Assembly: GCA_963668355.1 (NCBI GenBank)
Contig: OY764265.1
Location: forward strand, 1,568,001-1,632,000
Length of the DNA: 64,000 bases
Source of the DNA: Bdellovibrionota bacterium
GTDB taxonomy: Bacteria; Bdellovibrionota_G; JALEGL01; DATDPG01
Direction of reading: 5' to 3'
Shown here: positions 59,723 to 64,000 of the stretch, in pieces
How positions within the stretch are numbered: position 1 is the first letter of the stretch
Layout of the letters: every line of letters begins with the position of its first letter
The notes under the pieces: model-generated
The model's database searches: none
What the model was told of the DNA's origin: nothing
The model's input: the letters and a program-made list of their open reading frames with translations, nothing else
Translations under genes and position numbers: made by a program

Positions 59723-59921
59723 AAGCAAATCTGAGGAAGAGTCTCTCCGCTTCGGGTTACGTTCGCTCCAAAGACTACGATCACTGCAGGCGGGGCCCCT
59801 CGTTGTCCGCCCAGCGTCAAGCATAGCTTGCCGCAGGTCGTCTCCGTTTCCCCTACCTTCCGTTCACGAGGTCTTTGGGCTCTCTTCACAGGCGCGCAGA
59901 GACTCTTCCTCAGATTCGCTT
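59723..59921. repeat. 199-bp structured intergenic element with 24-bp terminal inverted repeats (MITE/REP-like or ncRNA)
   Basis: aagcaaatctgaggaagagtctct (59723-59746) vs agagactcttcctcagattcgctt (59898-59921), one mismatch; internal stems. Confidence 0.75.
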
Positions 59922-60040
59922 TTAGTCATGAGTAATTCTTTTATCTCGCTCCCCTCGCTTGAAATCATTCGTTTGAATGAACAGATAAATTTTCCATGAG
60001 AGATGTTCTAAAAATCACCTTGGAAATGTTGAAAGGGTGG

Positions 60041-60099
60041 CCGACAGGGAAAGGGGCTCCGAGCACTGTCGGGGCGCAGCGAGCCCCTTTCCCTGTCGG
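60041..60099. repeat. GC-rich palindrome, 19-bp perfect stem with 21-nt loop (REP-like)
   Basis: ccgacagggaaaggggctc / gagcccctttccctgtcgg. Confidence 0.85.
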
Positions 60100-60155
60100 T
60101 CAGGACCCTCCCACAAAATCTCCTCGGCTCACTTTATGACCGGAACGAAACCCTT

Positions 60156-60180
60156 GCGCGACGGATGTCGCGCTTTTCTT
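60156..60180 (+). terminator. Intrinsic terminator-like hairpin
   Basis: GCGCGAC-GGAT-GTCGCGC followed by TTTTCTT, abutting the malic enzyme stop. Confidence 0.6.
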
Positions 60181-61875
60181 CTAATGGTCGCAGGGATCTG
60201 CGGGTTCGTACTCCGCGTATTCCGGGAACCACATCATTTTGTCGACTTCTTTGCGAATGTCTTCGTCGTGAATATGCCTTCCTACGCCAGCGTGGTGAGC
60301 CTCTTTTACTACGGCCACCGCAATTCGAGCGCTTACCTCTCTCAATTGGGCTAAGGGAGGGTAGAGCGTTCCCTCCTCCAATTCTTTTGAAGTGACCATG
60401 TCTGCTACGGTTTCGGCGGCCACTGTAAACATGGACTCTGTGACTTTTGTTGCTTCGGCCACAATGGCTCCCAGGCCAACGCCCGGAAAGATGTAAACGT
60501 TGTTTGATTGACCGATTTTGTAGGTCTTTCCTTTGTAGGAAACCGGAGGAAAGGGAGACCCGGTAGCTACGATGGCTTTTCCGTCCGTCCAGGCAAAGAT
60601 ATCTTCGGGTTTAGCTTCGGCTTTGCTGTTGGGGTTTGAGAAAGGCATGATGACAGGTTTTTCCACGCAAGCCGCCATGGAGCGAATGAGCTCTTCGGTA
60701 AAGAGTCCTGCTGTTCCTGTGGCTCCAATAAGGATGGTGGGTTTGAAAGCTTTCAGCAGAGCAACAGCGTCACGTGCGATACTGTCGTCGATGCCGAGTT
60801 TCTGGGCCAATTCTTTTGGCCAAGCAAAATCACGATTGGGTTCTCCCGTGAAATCGAGGGTGTCAATCAGCAGGCCTTTTACGTCGAACATGGCAATGGC
60901 GCGAGTCAGGCGTTCTTCTTGGATTCCTGCTTTCCTCAAGTAGTTTCGGTATAGTCGTCCAATTCCAACTCCAGCAGCGCCGGCTCCCATAATCAGAACG
61001 CGTTGATCTTCTAGTTTTGTTTTGGTTGCTCGACATGCTGCGATTATGCCAGAAAGTCCAATAGCAGCGGTTCCTTGGATGTCGTCGTTAAAGCATAAAA
61101 TTCGATCTTGATAGTCCTCCAATAAGTTAAAGGCGTTTTGTTTTAGAAAGTCTTCCCATTGCAATAAAGCTCGGGGGAATAGATGTTTGATGGCCGTGAC
61201 GAATTCTTCCACCAAGTCTTTGTATTCCTCTCCACGCAAGCGAGGATGTCTCCATCCAAGGTAAAAAGGATCCTCCAAGAGGGTTTTGTTGTCAGTCCCA
61301 ACATCGAGGCTGACAGGAAGCGTTTGTTGCGGGTGAATTCCCGCCCCCACAATATAGAGCGAAAGTTTTCCGACCGGAATTCCCATTCCTCCGGCACCTT
61401 GGTCTCCCAGGCCCAAAATTCGTTCATTGTCCGTAACGACGATGAGTCGAATGTCTTTGGCGTGAGCGTTTTCCAAAACTTCCTGAATTTTTCCTTTGTG
61501 TTCAGGCGTGATCCAAATGCCTCGGGCCCGACGCATAATGTGGCTAAATTCCTGGCAGCCTTTTCCTACCGTGGGTGTGTAAACGACGGGAAGGAAATCG
61601 TCCACGTATTCGTGGAGAAGTCGGTAGTAAAGGGTTTGGTTTCGGCTTTGGAGGGAAGTCAGGCCAATGTATCGTTCCAGGGGATCTTGTTTGCGCGTGA
61701 TGCTATCATAGAGTCTGCGACACTGCTCTTCAATGGTCGTTACTTTGCTGGGAAGAAGCCCCTCCAATTCGAATACTTTTCGTTCTTCGGCGGTGAAAGC
61801 TGTCCCTTTATTATAAATTGAATTGTTTAGAAGGTTTTCTCCACGAAGTGTAACTTTCAATTTTTTCACAATCAT
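60181..61875 (-). CDS. maeA: NAD-dependent malic enzyme (SfcA/MaeA type)
   Basis: NKGTAFT, YTPTVG, VTDNERILGLGD, LQWEDF, FNDDIQGT, GAGAAG, SNP, NNVYIFPG; start at 61875 or 61887. Confidence 0.95.
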   Translation of the reverse strand: MIVKKLKVTLRGENLLNNSIYNKGTAFTAEERKVFELEGLLPSKVTTIEEQCRRLYDSITRKQDPLERYIGLTSLQSRNQTLYYRLLHEYVDDFLPVVYTPTVGKGCQEFSHIMRRARGIWITPEHKGKIQEVLENAHAKDIRLIVVTDNERILGLGDQGAGGMGIPVGKLSLYIVGAGIHPQQTLPVSLDVGTDNKTLLEDPFYLGWRHPRLRGEEYKDLVEEFVTAIKHLFPRALLQWEDFLKQNAFNLLEDYQDRILCFNDDIQGTAAIGLSGIIAACRATKTKLEDQRVLIMGAGAAGVGIGRLYRNYLRKAGIQEERLTRAIAMFDVKGLLIDTLDFTGEPNRDFAWPKELAQKLGIDDSIARDAVALLKAFKPTILIGATGTAGLFTEELIRSMAACVEKPVIMPFSNPNSKAEAKPEDIFAWTDGKAIVATGSPFPPVSYKGKTYKIGQSNNVYIFPGVGLGAIVAEATKVTESMFTVAAETVADMVTSKELEEGTLYPPLAQLREVSARIAVAVVKEAHHAGVGRHIHDEDIRKEVDKMMWFPEYAEYEPADPCDH

Positions 61876-61972
61876 CCCCTTTGCCATTGAACCAACTGGA
61901 TCGCAATTAACTATAGTTAGCCTCTCAAATTTGACACATAAAGTGATGACTTGGCTCAGGAAAAAAGGGAAC

Positions 61973-63628
61973 TTAAATGGCTTTTTTGATCTCATCGCGC
62001 AGTTGACGATAAGAGGCGTTGGACGCGTCCAAGTCTAAGGCTTGCTCGATGTGTCGAAGGGCTCGTTTGTGTTCTTTTCGATACAGATCGGTTCGTGCGT
62101 GTTGGGCCAAGAGATCCGCGCTAAATTTTCTTTGGGAATCCCCGATGATTTCTTTCCGATAGCGTTGCCGCTCGGAGTTGTCGGATAAAACACGGTAAGC
62201 GTCTGCGATCTCTTTTAAAATGCTCTGCCTTAAGGGCTCTCCTTGAGACTTTTCCGAAGGGGGAATGTTAAGGGCCTTCCATTCTTTCTGTAGGCGTTGA
62301 TAAGCGTTCTCAATCTCGTCTGGCAGGGCAGCCCAGTGGATATGGAGAATTTCAAAAAGATCGATTCCTCTAAACTCTTCCAAGGTTTGCGTTAGGTGGG
62401 GGAGGACGTCCTCCGGCTCTGGTTGGTAGTTCGTTAAGAATGTGAGGAAGCCCAGAAAATAGAACGAGTAGAGGGCTCGAAGAGACTGAATGCGACTCAA
62501 TGCACTGATGGCAAAAAGGCGACGAAGGCGAACGGGCTTATCCAGGGTTACTTCTAAAAACCTTTGTTCTTGTTCGGATAGTTTCAAAAGAGAGGGGTCA
62601 AAGGGAAGAGTCTCGGGTTTTGAAACGAAGTGGGTCATATAAGGGTCCAGCCCGTGACGCAGTTCGTCGGTTGGGTAGGATGCTGCGGCTTCGATGATTC
62701 CTCGAAACAAGGCTCTGCGGAAACTGACGGGGACCAAAAGAATTTTCTTCAAATGGTTTTTGCCTTCCAAAAAAGAATATTGTGTTTCCGGCCAGGCGAA
62801 TGTTTGTCCCAAGTTCCGGTAGATGACTTGGCGGATAATTTTTGCGAGCATTTTTTTGTTCTCGTTGGAAGCGAGAAGGATACTGTCTGTTTTTTCGGTG
62901 GCGTCCCTTTCCTCTCGAATTTTTCGGTACTGGGTCTCTGTGAGCTTTCCCGCCTTTCTCATCAGGTAGGCCACGGAATCTGTTTCGTTTTGAGGTTTCT
63001 TTTCGGCTCCGACGATTTGTCCATCGTTGAAATAGATCGTGGTGGAGGAATCGTTGGCTTGGCAGATGAGAGCGCCACTGACTTGAAGGCGGGCGATGTC
63101 TGTCACCAACCCCAAAAGGGTTCCCTCAAGAAATCTGGTTCTTGGTTCGAATCCCAGATCGTTGGCCTCATCGAAAATATGCCGAAGAACCGTGGGAAGG
63201 TGGAAGCGGAGGCGGCCTTCTCGCTCAAAGGAAATGGGAGATAGGGCGGGCTGGGCCGAGGAGGCGGTGGAATTCTTTTCTGAAGAAGTCCGTGTGGGAG
63301 GCTGGGAAATCAGCTGTTGCAAGGCCTGTTGAATTTCTGGGGTCAGGTTCAGGATTTGGAAAGCCACTCGTTTGGGCTTGATGGAAATAACCTCTCCTTG
63401 GAACTGAACTTCTTCTTCTTTTTGGGGATGCGTAGCTCGAATTACGTAGCGGGATCGCAGTGGAAAATCTCCTTGAATGAGCAGCTCCAAAGCTCCCACT
63501 TCGAGATTTTGAAAAAAGGTGTTTAAAGATTCGATGTCTTGGGTGACATCGAACACAAGCTCGAGTTCGGGAGGTGTCGAAGAGGAGGGTTTCTCTTCTT
63601 TCACGGAAACAGTCCTTTCTCCTTCCAT
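61973..63628 (-). CDS. PilZ-like / DUF4388 / J-domain-like / TPR protein
   Basis: GTLLGLV..ARLQVSGAL..IYFNDGQI (DUF4388-like); LFEILHI..IENAYQRL..IADAYRVLSD..R (J-fold, no HPD); C-terminal TPR; start uncertain. Confidence 0.7.
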   Translation of the reverse strand: MEGERTVSVKEEKPSSSTPPELELVFDVTQDIESLNTFFQNLEVGALELLIQGDFPLRSRYVIRATHPQKEEEVQFQGEVISIKPKRVAFQILNLTPEIQQALQQLISQPPTRTSSEKNSTASSAQPALSPISFEREGRLRFHLPTVLRHIFDEANDLGFEPRTRFLEGTLLGLVTDIARLQVSGALICQANDSSTTIYFNDGQIVGAEKKPQNETDSVAYLMRKAGKLTETQYRKIREERDATEKTDSILLASNENKKMLAKIIRQVIYRNLGQTFAWPETQYSFLEGKNHLKKILLVPVSFRRALFRGIIEAAASYPTDELRHGLDPYMTHFVSKPETLPFDPSLLKLSEQEQRFLEVTLDKPVRLRRLFAISALSRIQSLRALYSFYFLGFLTFLTNYQPEPEDVLPHLTQTLEEFRGIDLFEILHIHWAALPDEIENAYQRLQKEWKALNIPPSEKSQGEPLRQSILKEIADAYRVLSDNSERQRYRKEIIGDSQRKFSADLLAQHARTDLYRKEHKRALRHIEQALDLDASNASYRQLRDEIKKAI

Positions 63629-63731
63629 TATAGGACACCCCTTGCGAGGTCGGCAAGGAGAGGCTTTTTCCGACTGCGGGAAAGGTTGTTCATTTGAGTA
63701 AAATCCCATTAGACTGAAGCCCATTCACGCC

Positions 63732-64000
63732 ATGCCTGCCGAAAATAAAGAATGGAATGATGTTGATTTTATCGTTGCCGTCTCGCTCCCTTCTTCGGGG
63801 GAGGTGCTTTCTTTCAGAGCTCGAAAAGCTCGAGTGGATGCGCTTTTCTTAGAAATTGATGACGTAAAAGCTCAAGATTTGGGGATTTCAGAGGACGACG
63901 AGATTGTTCTCGAAATTTCCGGAGTTCAAGAAGGTCGTGCGGATGCTCCGGTGCGTGTCGTGCGAATTGGAGATCGGCCGGGAACCTCGTCTGCTTTTAT
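63732..64000 (+). CDS. Partial ORF, possibly PilZ-like (runs off the window)
   Basis: Open frame from ATG 63732: MPAENKEWNDVDFIVAV...LFLE...IVLEI...VRVVRI. Confidence 0.5.
   Translation, partial: MPAENKEWNDVDFIVAVSLPSSGEVLSFRARKARVDALFLEIDDVKAQDLGISEDDEIVLEISGVQEGRADAPVRVVRIGDRPGTSSAF

Noticed and set aside
60037..60354. 105-aa ORF across the palindrome
   Set aside because: Runs through a GC-rich inverted repeat and antisense into the malic enzyme gene; no protein-like features.

Overview
A 64-kb chromosomal window from a Gram-negative bacterium. Gene style (IF2 N-terminus, DUF4388/J-domain and PilZ proteins, many lipoproteins, sigma-54 promoters) suggests a Bdellovibrionota/deltaproteobacterial lineage; this is inference. 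Positions 1-23 kb are mostly housekeeping: eno, a deoxynucleoside kinase, an SDR, rsmA, tsaD, cpoB, pal, nusA-infB-rbfA-truB, rpsO, pnp, a UbiB kinase and RNase R. An FG-GAP lipoprotein and an orphan gene sit between truB and rpsO. Positions 23.4-46.4 kb hold a Wzx/Wzy-type surface-polysaccharide locus whose gene orientation flips repeatedly. It includes WbpB/E/D/I-like diacetamido-uronate enzymes, four GT4 glycosyltransferases, a GNAT/PIG-L/amidotransferase tailoring trio, Wzz, an SLBB exporter, a beta-helix lipoprotein and WecA. Positions 46.4-64 kb are surface and signalling genes. The most striking feature is a tandem pair of lipoproteins with an identical 172-aa N-terminus, an identical 10-aa C-terminus and a divergent phage-tail-fibre-like middle, which looks like a constant/variable adhesin cassette. 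Also present are PilW/PilX-like minor pilins, a GAF-GGDEF cyclase, a Ca-binding-repeat lipoprotein, two large palindromic intergenic elements, a malic enzyme and a pseudo-J-domain protein. A recurring sigma-54 (-24/-12) plus IHF-like promoter architecture links many of these envelope genes. No CRISPR array, tRNA, rRNA, transposase or integrase was seen. All calls come from reading the sequence; no searches were run.
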